Source: Hypanus sabinus
Lineage: Eukaryota
DNA: 64,000 nt
Direction of reading: 5' to 3'
NCBI RefSeq assembly: GCF_030144855.1
Contig: NC_082711.1
Span: 47,678,001 to 47,742,000 of the forward strand
Shown: piece by piece, positions 35,769-48,489 of the stretch
Layout of the letters: each line of letters begins with the position of its first letter
Position numbering within the stretch: position 1 is the first letter of the stretch
Notes under the pieces: model-generated
The model's input: only the letters and a program-made list of their open reading frames with translations
Told to the model about the DNA's origin: nothing
Databases searched by the model: none
Translations under genes and position numbers: made by a program

Positions 35769-37084
35769 TATATTACTATTCTGGAATAATACTTGCAAAA
35801 TTCTGACCAATGAATAGAGGAGTAATGGTCTTCATATCATACTATCCTGTCTGGTCTCTTGTTGAGTGAGATCACACAACTGAAACAGAGTCTGGAATAT
35901 TATTATTTCAATTCATTTATACTCAACAGTAAGACTCTGAAAAGCAGGAAGCCAAGATGATGAAACTCCTGAATTTGGGGGCAGTTTTGCAAACAGTGCC
36001 ATTGGATAGGGGTTGGGACTTGGAAGTAGAGTTGGACTCTGTTCCATTCGGTTCAAATCTCTCTGCTTCTGGGGAAGGCCAGTAATGAATCCACTCATCT
36101 AGAAATACTGTGAGCAATGGCAATTTGTGAGTGCCGCAGAAGGAGTTCTGGAATATCCAGTCTTACTTTTGGGGGAGGGAAATTCATTGCAACCGTTACA
36201 GGAACAGGAGAAGTCTGGGTCCATTTTTGAGCACCCTTTCAAAACATTCATACACCAGCAGACTGCATCAATAAATGGCAGCAAAAGAAACGTCCGTCCT
36301 GCTCCTTCTTGCCTCAGGCTAGGCACTCAACTGTGCTACAAAAACTATGTACATTTCTGCTTGGGTATTTTAAGTGGTCTGATCTTACAGTGTTCAATGG
36401 ATATCACAAATTTACTCTGTTCTCCACCTACGCACTGCTGTCTCTACATAAGGCACATTCCCTGTTTCAGCTCCCCTAATTCACTCATGAATCTCATTTA
36501 CTTATGAATTCTATCTCTGCCTCCAAGAATATCCTGTAAAACAGGAAGAAATTTATTCTAACTTTGGTCATGAAAATATTCTGGCACTCTTCTTGCAATG
36601 AAACCACTGGTTCATCTCCTGACGATCCCTAGCCAAACTCATTGTACTCTTATCTTATTTGTTAGATAGATTTCTATTCACAACAGCTGAGATTCCTACA
36701 AGCTCTCTCAAGAAGTAAAAGTGCTCACTACTCAAGAGTGCGTCTCTGTTTTGTCCTGCATCAGAGTTCTTTCTATCTCCCAGCACAGCTGAATCCATGA
36801 AAAACAGACATGCAGTGCCAACTGGGAAAGCAATATAGCTGATTTGGAAATGCAAAAAAAACCCATTACAAGTAGATCTCAACTGGGTGGATTCCATTAA
36901 CAAACAGGGACATTCTCAAAAGTACCATGCAGAGTTATGTCATTTACACTCAAATCTCTGAAGTTTCAAGACTAAGAAAAGCTTGTCAAATGAAGTATCA
37001 TCATGCACATTCTGAAAATGCCAATAAGAATTTTATATTGCTTAAAATGAATGAGAACATCAATAACATAACCAGGAATTGAAA

Positions 37085-38957
37085 CACAAACGAGAGAAAA
37101 CCTGCAGATGCTGGAAATCCAAACAACACATGTACAAAATGCTGCAGGCCAGGCAGCATCTATAGAAAAACGTACAGTCAACTTTTTGGGCCGAACCCCT
37201 TCGGCAGGACGAGAACAAAAAGCTGAGGAGTAGATTTAAAAGGCAGGAGGATGGGAAAGATAAACGTAGGTGATAGGTGAAACTTGCAGGGGGATGAATG
37301 AAGTAAGGAGCTGGGAAGGCCATGGAAGAATAAAGAGGAGGAGCACCAGAGAGAGGAAATGAGTGGGCAAGGAGATGAGGTGAGAGAGGGAAAAGGGAAT
37401 AGGAAATGATGAAGGAAATGGGGGGTGGGGGGCATTACCAGAAGTTCAAGAAATCGATGTTCATCCCATCAGGTTGGAGGTTACCCAAACAGAATATAAG
37501 GGTTGTTTCTCCAAACTAAGTGTGACCTCATCAGAATAATGGAGGAGGCCACTGTCAGACGTATCGTAATGGGAATGAGAAGTGGAATGAAAATGGGTGG
37601 CCATTGGGAGATCCCCATTTTTCTGGCGGATGGAGCGTGGGCGCTCAGTGAAGCTGTCTCCCAATCTATGTTAGGTCTCACTGATTTACAGGAGGCCACA
37701 CTGAAAGTACCGGACAGTATGTGACCCCAACTCACAGGAGAAGTGCTGCCTCAGCTGGAAGGGCCCTGAATGGAAAAAAAAAACTGTAAAAATGTCATCC
37801 CTTCTCTCAATTCCTCCATCTCTGCCACATCTGCTCTCAGGATGAGGCTTTTCATTCTAGAACAAAGGAGGTGTCCTCCTTTTTCAAAGAAAGGGGCTTC
37901 CATTCCTCCACCATCAATGCTGCCCTCAACTGCATCTCTTCCATTTCATGCAAGTTTGCTCTCACCCCATCCTCCTGCCACCCCACCAGGGTTAGCGTTC
38001 ATCTTGCCCTCACCTACCACCCCACCAGCCTCCATGTTCAGCACATAATTCTCTGAAACTTCTGCCATCTCCAACAGGATCCTATCACCAAGCACATCTT
38101 TCCCTCCTGCCCCCCACAGTTTCCGCTTTCCACAGGGATCGCTCCCTATGTGACTCCCTTGTCCATTCATCCCTCTCCACTGAACTCCCTCCTGGCACTT
38201 ATCCTTGCAAGCAGAACAAGTGCTACACCTACCCTTACACCTCCTCCCTCACTACCATTCAGGGCCCTTAACAGTCCTTTCAGGTGAGGCAAAACCACAC
38301 CTGTGAATCTGTTGGGGTCATATACTGAGCCCAGTGCTCCGGTATGGCCTCCTGTATATCGGTGAGACCCGATGTAGATTGGGAGAGCAATTCACTGAGC
38401 ATCTACGTTCTGTCCACCAGAACAAGTGGGACCTCCCAGGAACCACCCATTTTAATTCCACATCTCATTCCCATTCCAATATGTCTATCCATGGTCTCCT
38501 CCACGATTATGATCAGGCCACACTTAGCTTGGAGGAACAACACCTTATATTCCATTTGGGTAGCCTCCAACCTGATGGCATGAACATCGATTTCTCAGAC
38601 TTCTGGCAATGCCCCTTCACTCCCTTTCCCCTTCACTATTTCCCATCCCCTTTCCCTCTCTTACCTTATTTCCTTATCTGCCCACCACTTCCATCTGGCA
38701 CTATTCTCCCAATTTCTTTTTTTTCCATGGCCTTCTGTCTCTTTCACCAATCAACTTCCCAGCTTTTTATTTCAACCCTCTCCCTCCAGGTTTCACCTAA
38801 GACCGTGTGTTTCTCTTTCCTCTCCCCCCACCTTTTAAATTTACTCCTCAGCTTTTTTTTTCCAGTCCTGCCAAAGGATTTCAACCCGAAACATCGACTG
38901 TACTTTCTCTATAGATGCTGCCTGGCCTGCTGTCTCTCCAGCATTTTGTGTGTGTTA
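37085..38957. mobile_element. Penelope-like element: minus arm 37085-37768 + plus arm ~37785-38957, one insertion
   Basis: GIY-YIG remnant LLYIGETRCRLGEQFTEHL..HFNSTSHS..LEEQHLIFHLGSLQPDGMNIDF on both arms. TSD caggaattgaaa / caggaattaaaa. Confidence 0.9.
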
Positions 38958-39439
38958 CAGGAATTAAAATAGATAGTTTCATGGGAATCTACCATGAAGA
39001 CCTCTCTTTGTAAATATTATCGTGTCAAAATTTCACCAGACATAAATCCTGATGTAAAAATCCACACTTCAATAATCAGAGAGGTTGCCAAATAAACCAG
39101 CAAGTGACACAATCAAGCAGGGAAAAGATCAATCATTCAAAGTTATGGAATGAAACTTATTTGCATTAACGTTTAGCGCATCACACTTGTGATGCTAAGC
39201 GACGGTACATTTTCAATAAAGCACAAAACTGAATGTAAATGTGATTGCTCCTTTTTTTTTGGATTGTATTAACACTGAGGTAGCTTTCCATAAATTAGAA
39301 AAGTGCCAACAGTGAATATGCCTCCAGGCAAGCTATTCATTAGTGTTATTCCTGTGCATAAGCAGGTTTATAGATCAAAATCATTCTTACAGAATTTACA
39401 CTGAATTATAGACTTGAATATAAATCATTAAACACTTAC

Positions 39440-39508
39440 TGGAAAGTACAGGAGTAATGCTCCAAAGAGAATTGTCTCCAACAACACCAGTCCTGATGCT
39501 CTGATACT
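39440..39508 (-). CDS. GPR158: Internal coding exon of G protein-coupled receptor 158 (ICL1/TM2 region)
   Basis: Minus strand tcttttcattctttcAG | 69 nt = SIRASGLVLLETILFGALLLYFP | GTAAGT. Near-identical to the human GPR158 peptide as I recall it (SIRASGLILLETILFGSLLLYFP). Phase 0-0, branch-like ccttac ~30 nt upstream. Confidence 0.93.
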
Positions 39509-40484
39509 CTGAAAGAATGAAAAGATTTCATACAGTAAGGATCATTTTAAAGCAACAACACCTAATTCCAGTTAATAATTTCTTAAAGACATTTAAATTC
39601 TAAACAAGGAAATGACAAATTAAGAGATCACATTCATCATGTTGCTTTAAAAATCTATCTTTCCCATTTTTTAATAGATTTTCCATTTTCTTTTAATTCT
39701 GTTGATTACTTAATTTGTTATTCAGATACAAAAATGTGCTTTCCAAAAGAAGCTGGATTAATCTAACTCCCTTTTTGAAACGTATTAACATGCTCAAGAT
39801 TTATTGAACAAGAAAAATGATATGGTGTTACTATAAAGATCAGAATACATTTGAATTATGCACATTGTAGAAGAGTGTTAACAAGCTGGGATAAAATTGG
39901 CCTTGTTCCAGGTAACAGCAATAGCATATTGACAAGCTATTTAACACCCTCCCGACATACTTTTCCATTGAAGTCAACAGAAAAGACATTCAGTCAGATT
40001 GAAAAGCAGGTTTAAAAAGACAAGGCTAAAACAGAGGAGATATCAGTTGTCAAAGTTTGTGCATGGTGAGATCATATTATAGTAAAATCAATTTGTATCA
40101 AATGTTATATTCCCCAGAATTGTTCAGAGACACACTTAGAGGAAAGGTTTTAACTCCTGAACAGAAATTTAGCTTCACTGGCCCATTTAGACTACATTAA
40201 TACAAAACACTTGTTGTTGAATTCTAGCTTCCATGGGTTTCAATTGCGATGATTAATATTAGCACAGTGCAGGTTGATTCCCTCAGCCTTATTCGTATGC
40301 ATAAGACAAGCTATAAATCAAACCATAAATCTTTAAAGATCTAGATAGTAAGTGAAAAGTAAGTTTTAGAAGCTTATACACCTCAATGCATTCAAGGTCT
40401 GTGCACAGTTGGTTGAGCCAATTACCAGCAAGATAGTTAGACTAAAATATAAAGGGAATGGTTTATAAAAAGTGAACACTTCTA

Positions 40485-40800
40485 GACCACAGAATATAGA
40501 ATACTACAGGCCCTTCGGCCCACAATGTTGCGCTAACCTTTTTAACCTACTCCAAGATCATTCTAACACTTCACTCCCACATAGCCCTCACTTTTTCTTT
40601 CATCCATGTGCCATAATTCAGAGTTTTTTCAATCTCCTTAATGCATCTAGCACTACCACAACCACTGCCAGTATATTCCATGCACTTACCACACTTTGTG
40701 TAACAAATCTACCTCTGAATTCACCCCTCCCCATTATATTTTTTTCCCATCACCTTAAAATTATGCTCTCTCTACTTGCCGTTTCCAGGCTGGAAAAAAA
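40485..40800 (-). mobile_element. CR1 3' tail fragment
   Basis: acaggcccttcggcccacaatgttg and ttccatgcacttaccacactttgtgt. Confidence 0.75.
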
Positions 40801-40914
40801 AGTCCTCAACATGAGAATTCTTAAGTGATTTCATTTCAGAAAACACTATCTGCAGAAATAAATTCCCCTAGCAGCTTAAAAGTCAATTATTACTTCACTT
40901 TACAAATAGCACCA

Positions 40915-41145
40915 TAGGATAGCTGCTAGCGAACACTATCACAGCACCAGCAACCCAGATTTAATTCTGCCAAATTCCGCTTCAGTCTGTGAGGAGTTTG
41001 TATGCTCTCTCTTTGACCACTTGTGCTTCCTCTGGGTTAGACACACAGGTCAGTAGGTTAATTGCACACATGGGTGTAATTGGGTGACATTGGCTTTTTG
41101 GGCAGGTAGGCCTGATACTGTATTGTAACTTTAAATCAAACAACA
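40915..41145 (+). mobile_element. HE1/V-SINE-type SINE (degraded)
   Basis: gtctgtgaggagtttgtatgctctc core. Confidence 0.7.
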
Positions 41146-41194
41146 TTTTTCTCATAGAATGGGAAGCACGGTATTGCACAGAGTAAAGGCCTTA

Positions 41195-42410
41195 AAGAAA
41201 AAATAAGGACAGTCAGCATGGATTTGTGTAGAGCAAGCCATGTCTAACTTAACTGAGTTTTTCAAGGAGGTAAAAGAGATGCGGATGTTGTCTACTTTGA
41301 TTTTACTAAGGTCTTTGTCAAGATCCCTCATACACATGCAGAAGATTAAGATGTATGGGATCAATGGTGACTTTGCCATTTGATTCAGAATTGGCTTGTC
41401 CGTAGAAGACAAAGTGTAGTGGTCAATAGGACCTACTCTGACTGGACGTTTGTGATGAGTGGTGCACTGCAGGGATCTGTACTGGGACCTCTGCTGTTTG
41501 TAACAGCCTGGATGGATGGGTGAGCTAGTAAGATTACACACACTGGTAGTGCTGTGTGTAGTGTAGGAGACTGCCAAAGAATACAATGGTATGTAGATCT
41601 GCTACAGATATGGGGAGAGAAATAGCAGGTGGTTTAATCTGGCCAAATGAGAGGTATTACACTTTGGGACATCAAATTCACAGGACCCTTAACAGTGTTG
41701 ATTTACAGAGGGACCTAAGGATCCAAGCACATAGCTCCATGAAGTGGCTATACAGGTTGATAGGGTGGTAAAGAAGGCACATGACATTCTTGCCTTTATT
41801 AATTGAGGCACTGAGTTCAAGAGTTAGGGAGTTAAGCTGCAACTTTATAAAACCTTTGTTCGGCCGAATCGGGAATAATGCATTCAGTGCTGCTCATCCT
41901 ATTATAGAAAGGACGCAGAGGTATTGGAGAGTGTGCAAAGTGGTGTACCAGGATGCTGCCTGGATCAGCGTGCATGTGCTATATGAAACATTTGGACTAA
42001 CTTGGATTTTTTTCTCAGGAGCTGTGGAGGCCAAGGTGAGAGCTGATAAGACTTTGTAAGAATATGAGAAGGACATAGATGGTGGAAGCATCCACCATCT
42101 TTTTTGCAAGTTAAAATGTTTACTACTGGAGGATATGCAAATAAGGTGAGAGGGTTTAATTCAAAGAAGATGTACAGGGCAAGTTATTTTTACACAGAAA
42201 CTGATGGGTGCCTGGAATGTATTTCCAGGGTGGTAGCCGAGGAAAATATGATATAGGCATTTAGAAGACTGTTGGATAGGTACATGAATGTGCAAAGAAC
42301 GGAGAGATGTAGACATTGGGCAGGCAAAAGGATTGGTTTTGTTAGCCATTTAACTTAATTAGTTTGGGATATCATTGTGGATTGAAAAGTCCTGAACTGT
42401 TCTATGATCT
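41195..42410 (+). mobile_element. CR1 RT fragment with tail
   Basis: cagcatggattt (QHGF), cagggatctgtactgggacct (QGSVLGP), QRDL and FFTQ remnants. Confidence 0.85.
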
Positions 42411-42419
42411 ACGTAAATA

Positions 42420-42890
42420 AAAGTTCAAAGTAAATTTATTACCGAAGTACATATATGTCACTATATACAGCCCTGAGATTCATTTTCTTGCAGCTATGTT
42501 CAATAAATCCAATAACCATAATAGATTCAATGGAAGACCACACCAACTAGGGTGTTCAACCAGTGTGCAAATGACAACAAACTATGCAAGTGCAAAATCA
42601 AAGAAATAATAATAATAAATTAATAAACAAGCAATAAAGAGTTCTTGAAAGTGAGCCCTTAGGTTGTGGGAACATTTCAATAATGGGGCAAGTGAACTTA
42701 TCCCCTTTGGCTGAAGAGACTGATTATTGAGGGGTAGTAACTGTTCCTGAACCTGGTGGTGTGAGTCCTGAGGCTCTTGTACCTTCTCTGTGATGGCAGC
42801 AGTGAGAAGACTACATGATCTGGGTGGTGGGAGTCACTGTAGATATGATCAGTTGTGGGGAAGGCTTTATCCATGATGGGCTGGGCCCTT
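42420..42890 (-). mobile_element. Rex1-type LINE 3' end
   Basis: aagttcaaagtaaatttatt tail, collinear with 45795-46290. Confidence 0.8.
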
Positions 42891-43917
42891 CTCCTCCTTT
42901 ACTTGGTCTCCCCCATTGAGTGGAGACCAAACCTGATGTTTCAGTTCCCCATCAATGTGAGTGAACTGGTACAGTCCCATGTGTAAGTCACATTTTTCTC
43001 AATACATAATTCTCAGTGAAAATTAAGAAGTCATGGACAATAATGCACATTGCAAATATAATATTTCCTCTCAATAAAATTCATTCCTGCATAAGTAATT
43101 GAATTAGTTTCCAAAAATGGTTTCAATTATACATGCCTGGTGATCATAATTTATTAAGCACCCACATGCCATGCCAATTTCATTAATTAGCTTTAGTTTG
43201 CCATGTAGAATTGTAAAGCCAGTTCAGAAGTCAGGAATAGTCTGGCATTTATTGTAGGCAGGAGACAAAGTTACATAGTTTCAGTGGAAATGACTGCCAT
43301 ATTCCCCTTATTGTCAGTATCTCTTTTGATTCAGATTCCCTGGCAGCTCATTAATCTATGACCATACATAAAAAAGATGTAGGCAAACAGTGAAGATAAT
43401 TGGGACCTGAGGAACCATTATTTTTCCAAGTTAAGTTTTATAGTTGAACTTTATTTGATTGTTAACCATGCTCCTAGCTCAGCATTTTGAAGAACAGTAT
43501 TGTGGAAAGATTTTACTGTGATGTATGTTGTTGATATAAATGAGTTCCAAGAAATAGCAAGTTGTTGTGCCTTAAATTCTAGTTTTTATTAATATCTGTT
43601 TAGACCAGAATAACTGCAGGAAATTTGGGTACATGCCTTTTAATTGTAATTAACCATGCTGTTTTTGAGCATACTGATTAACATGCAGCAGAGTAGAGCC
43701 AGGTCACTCCTTAGTTACTTATCCAACATAGCTATCCTCTGGTTTGCTTAATCCTACACAGGCGGCATTTTCTTTTTCCCTGGAAATTTGTTCAGCAAAA
43801 TGTTCATGGCCTATATCCCAGCGGTACGTCAGAACTTGTCTAATTATTATGGACACCCATAATTGCTATTAAATAGTTGATCCTCTTCCTTCGTTATTTC
43901 TCCACCTACTATATTTC

Positions 43918-44620
43918 CTCAGGTGGGGCAGAGTTCTACTTGAACACATACCAGGCAGTGATACAGCCAGTTAGAATGCTCTCTATGGTACGTCTGTAGA
44001 AATTTACAACTGTGTTTGGGCACATGGCAAATCTCTTCAAACTCCGAATGAACTACAGCCATTGCCGTACCTTCTTTGTAACTCATTGATATATTGGGCC
44101 CCGGATATATCCTCAGAGATAGTGAAATTGCTCCCATTTCTACTTCTGATCACTTGACAAGGACAGCACCTGTTACCCTATCTTACCATTCCTGAAGTCC
44201 ACAATCAATTCTTTGGTCTTACTGACAAGGAATGCAAGGTTGTTGCTGCGACACCACTCTACCAGCTGATCTATCAGACTCCTGTGTGCTTTTTAGTCAT
44301 CATCCGAATTTCTCCCAATTATAGTTATGTCATCAGCAAATTTATGGATGGAAGTTGAGCTCTGCCTAGGCACACAGTTGTGTGTGTAGAGAGAATAGAA
44401 TCATGGGCTAAGCACACATCCTTGAAGTACACCAGTGTTGATTGTCAGTGAGGAAGAAATGTCATTTCTGATCTGCACATACTGTGGTCTTCCAGTGAGG
44501 AAGCAAAGGATCAAGTTGCAGAGTGGGGTACAGAGGCCCAGGTTTTGGAGTTCTTTGATCAGAACTCTAGGAAATGATGGGATTAAACAATGAGTTAATA
44601 AACAGCAGCCTGGCATAAGT
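43918..44620 (-). mobile_element. Rex1-type RT fragment
   Basis: [43 protein letters not shown]. Confidence 0.88.
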
Positions 44621-44862
44621 ATTAGTATCCAGAAACTGTTCTCAAATTGCGATCAAAATTTGATTTTATTCCTCCTAGCCCAAAAGTATTGAGGTCCTGA
44701 GTTTTCTTTCAAGCCAGCAAACTGTAAACTAAACTTGGGGCCTTTTTGATTTGCAATTATCCTGAATGACAAGAATAGCCAAGAGACTCCATTTATGTCA
44801 TTACAATTATTGCTTAATAACATTTGAACAACATGGAACAAAGTGACAAAATACAATCAAGC

Positions 44863-45053
44863 CATACACACAAAATGCTGGAGGAACTCAGCAGGCCAGG
44901 CAGCATCTATGGAAAAAGTGCAGTTGATGTCTTGGCCTGAAACATCAACTGTACTCTTTACATAGATGCTGCCTGGCCTGCTGAGTTCCTCCAGTATTTT
45001 GTGTGTGTTGCTTGGATTTCCAGAATCTGTAGATATTCTCTTGTTTATGATTG
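44863..45053. mobile_element. Penelope pseudo-LTR palindrome
   Basis: Inverted arms centred on ggcc. TSD aaatacaatcaagc / aaatacactcaagc. Confidence 0.88.
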
Positions 45054-45478
45054 AAATACACTCAAGCAGTAGGTGGATAATGCAGTGACCATTAATTCAT
45101 TGGGGAGGGGTTTAAGCTAATTTGGCAGGGGGTAGGGAACGGGAGAGATAGGGCTGAGGACTGTGAGGAAGGACAGGCAGATGATAGGGCAAAATTGCAG
45201 TCAGTGGGATGAGCTGAAATATAACATGGGGGCAAAATTGAAGGGGTGGTGAATACAAGACTGAAAGTCTTATACGGAATGAAGTATATGAACTTGTAGT
45301 GCTGTTAGAGATTTGCAGGAATGACAGTGCGGGTATCACGGAGTTGTGGCTGAAAGAAGATCATCAGAGGATATACTTTGTATTGATAGGACAGGCAGGT
45401 AGGCCGGGGGGGGGGGGGGGGGTTGGTGGTTCTACTGGTAAAAAATGAAATCAAATGCTTAGAAGGAGATGACATAGG

Positions 45479-45692
45479 TGATGCACCATCAATAACTCTC
45501 TCTGAGATGTGAAGTCGAGATATCGGCTTTATTGACTGGAAGAAAGAACAAGCAGTAGTTTACCACCATACTACATCCTGGAGAATGAGGCTGGGCTCAG
45601 GCCTCGATCGCCTTTATACCGGGGCCTGTGGGAGGAGCCACAGGAGCAGTCAGCAGGGGGCGTGTCCAGACAGGTATATGTAGTTCACCACA
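45479..45692 (-). mobile_element. Solo LTR (Gypsy-like), 214 bp
   Basis: TG...CA ends, perfect 5-bp TSD atagg, minus-strand TATAAA (~45615) and AATAAA (~45530). Confidence 0.9.
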
Positions 45693-45794
45693 ATAGGATC
45701 ACAAGATGTAGAATCCTTGTGGGTAGAGTTAAGAAACTACAAGGGTAAAAAGACACTGATGGCAGTTATACACAGACTCCCAAACAGTTAAAAA

Positions 45795-46290
45795 TTCAAA
45801 GTAATTGTATTATCAAAGTACATATATGTCACCATATAAAACCCTGAGATTCATTTCCTTGTAGGCATTCTCAATAAATCCAATACCCATAATAGAATCA
45901 ATGAAAGGCTGCACCAACAGGGTGGACAACCCGTGTGCAAAAGAAAACAAACGGTGCAAGTACACAAAGGATGACAAAAAAGAAATAATGATAATAATAA
46001 TAATAATAAAATATAAATAATAAATATGGAGAACATAAGATGGAAAAGTCCTTGAAAATGAGCCCATAGATTATAGTAACAGTACAGTAATGGGCAAGAG
46101 AATGGGACATTATTCGCTCTGGTTGAGGGTAATAACTGTTCCTGTACCTGGTTGTGTGAGTCCTGAGGCTCTGGTACCTTCTTCCTGAAGGCCGCAGTGA
46201 AAAAAAGAGCATGACCTGGGTGGAAGGGGTCACTATTGATGGAGGCTGCATTCCTACAACAACGCTCTATGTAGATATGCTCAATGAACA
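45795..46290 (-). mobile_element. Rex1-type LINE 3' end nested in CR1
   Basis: PSGRRYQSLRTHTTRYRNSYYP motif and Rex tail. Confidence 0.85.
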
Positions 46291-47577
46291 GTAGCGAGGA
46301 TGAGGGATATGAATTTCTAAGGGAAATTTTAGAATAGCCATGTAAGTTTTCAATATGCAGGTAGACAGGTTGGTGCTGGATCCCAAGAGAAAGTATTTGT
46401 ACAATGCCTATGAGATGGTTTTTTAGAGCAGTTTGTGGTTGAGCCCACGAAGGGGAAGGCAATTCTGGATTGTGTAATAAACCAGATTTGATTAGGGTCC
46501 TTAAGGCAAAGGGACACTTAGAAGAAAGTGATCCTAATGTGATAGAATTCACCTTGTAGTTTGAGAGGGAGAAGTCAGATGCATCAGTACTGCAGAGGAA
46601 TTGCAGAGGCATGAGAGAGAAGCCAGCCAAAGTTGATTGGAAGGGGACACTAGCAGGAACGATGGCTTGAGTTTCTGGGGATAATTCTGAAGATGAAGAA
46701 TAGATACCTCAAAGATGAATAAGTATTCTAAAGAGAGGATGAGGCAATTTTAGCTGACAAGGGAAGTCAAAGACAACGTAAAATCAAAAGAGAGGTTATA
46801 TAATATAGCAAAAAGTGTGGGAAGTTACAAGATTTGGAAGCTTTATAAAACCAACATAAGGTAACTAACAAAAATGGTAAGCAGTGAAAAGATGAAATTT
46901 GAAGGAAAGCTAGCCAGTAATATCATAGAGAGTACCAAAAGTTTTCTCAGATATATGAAGAGTATATGTAAAGGGAGTGTGGATGTTGGTCCACTGGAAA
47001 TAACCCTGGAGACATAGTAATCGGGGACAAAGAAATAGCGGACAAACTTATTAAGTATTTTGCATTAGTTTTCACTGTAGAAAACACCTGCATTATGCTG
47101 GATAATTGAGAGTATCAGGGGGCAAAGAGAGTGTTGTTGCTATTACTAAGGGGAAGGTGCTTGAGAAGCTGAAAGCTCTGAAGGTACACAAATCATCTAG
47201 ACTAGATGGACTAAGCTCTAAAATTAGCCTGACTTTAGAGATTGGGAAGATGTTGGAGTCCATTATTAAGAATCAGGTTTTGGTGTACTTAGAGGCACAT
47301 GACAAAATAGACCAATGTCAGCATGACTTCCTTGAAGGCTGCCTAACAAGGTAAGAGCCAATGGAATTACAGGAATGTTACTAATATGGATAGAAGATTG
47401 GCTGATTGGCAGGGAACAAAGAATGATAATAATGGGGCCCTTATTTTGGTTGTCTGCTGGCAACTAGTGGTGTTCCACAGGGGTTGCTATTGGGACCACT
47501 GCTTTTCACATTATATGTCAATGGTTTGGAGATGAATTGGTGGCCTTGTGGCCAAATTTGCAGATGATACGAAGACA

Positions 47578-48432
47578 TTTGACCATAAGATAAAGGAGCA
47601 GATTCAGGCCACTCAGCCCATCGATTCTGCTCCACCATTCCATCATGGCTGATTTACTATCCCTCTCAACCTCATTCTCCTGCCTTTTCTCCATAACCTT
47701 TGATGCTCTGAATAATCAAGAAACTATCAAACTTTGCTTTAAATATGCTCCCTGTCTTAGCCTCCACAGCCGCTTGTGGCAACAAATTCTACAGGTTCAC
47801 TACCCTCCGGCTAAATAAATTCTTCCTCATCTCTTTTCTTAAGTCTGAATCACCCACTGGTCCAGGACTCACACACTATAGGAAACACCCTCCATACATC
47901 CAGTCTATCCAGTCCTTCCAATATTCGATGAGACCCCCCCTTCATTTCTGTAAACTCCAATGAGTACAGGCCCTGAGCCATCAAGTGCTCCTCATACACT
48001 AACCCTTTCATTCTCAGAATCATTCTTATAAACCTCCTCTGGACCCTCTACAATGCCATTACAACTTTTCTTAGATAAGGGGCCCAAAACTGCTGAAAAT
48101 ACTGCATGGATATTCAGACCAATACCTTATAAAGCCTCAGCATTATATCCTTCTCTTATATTCTAGTCCTCTCAAAATGAATGCTATCATTACATTTGAC
48201 TTTCTTACCGCTGACTCAACCTGCAAATTAATTTTTAGGGAATCCTGCATAAGGACTCACAGGTCTCTTTGCACTTCTTATTTTTGAATTTTCTCCACAT
48301 TTAGAAAATATTCTGCACCTTTAATCCTTCTACAGAATGCATGACCATACATTTCCCTGCACTATATTCCACCTGCCAATTCCTTGGCCATTCTCCCAAT
48401 CTGTCTGTCTTCTACAGGCTCCCTGCTTCCAC
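47578..48432 (-). mobile_element. CR1 3' fragment inserted in opposite orientation
   Basis: Tail gaccataagataaaggagcag, collinear with 745-1620. Confidence 0.88.
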
Positions 48433-48489
48433 AGGGAGGGGTAGTTCAGAGGGAGCTTGCAGAAGGACTCATACAGATTGGGAGAATCT

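Larger units (their letters stand above)
45100..47577 (+). mobile_element. Old CR1 (ORF1/ORF2 junction to RT ADD motif), with nested insertions; short continuation at 48433-48487
   Basis: Endonuclease remnants (ESLWVELRN), then GKMLESIIK, GVPQG and KFADDTK. Confidence 0.85.

Noticed and set aside
35913-36903. Cluster of short ORFs in unique sequence
   Set aside because: No recognisable protein motifs or convincing splice-site pairs. Lengths are compatible with chance.
45851-46630. 259-aa minus-strand ORF
   Set aside because: Chimeric read-through of antisense CR1 into a Rex1 3' end and a (TTA)n tract. Not a gene.
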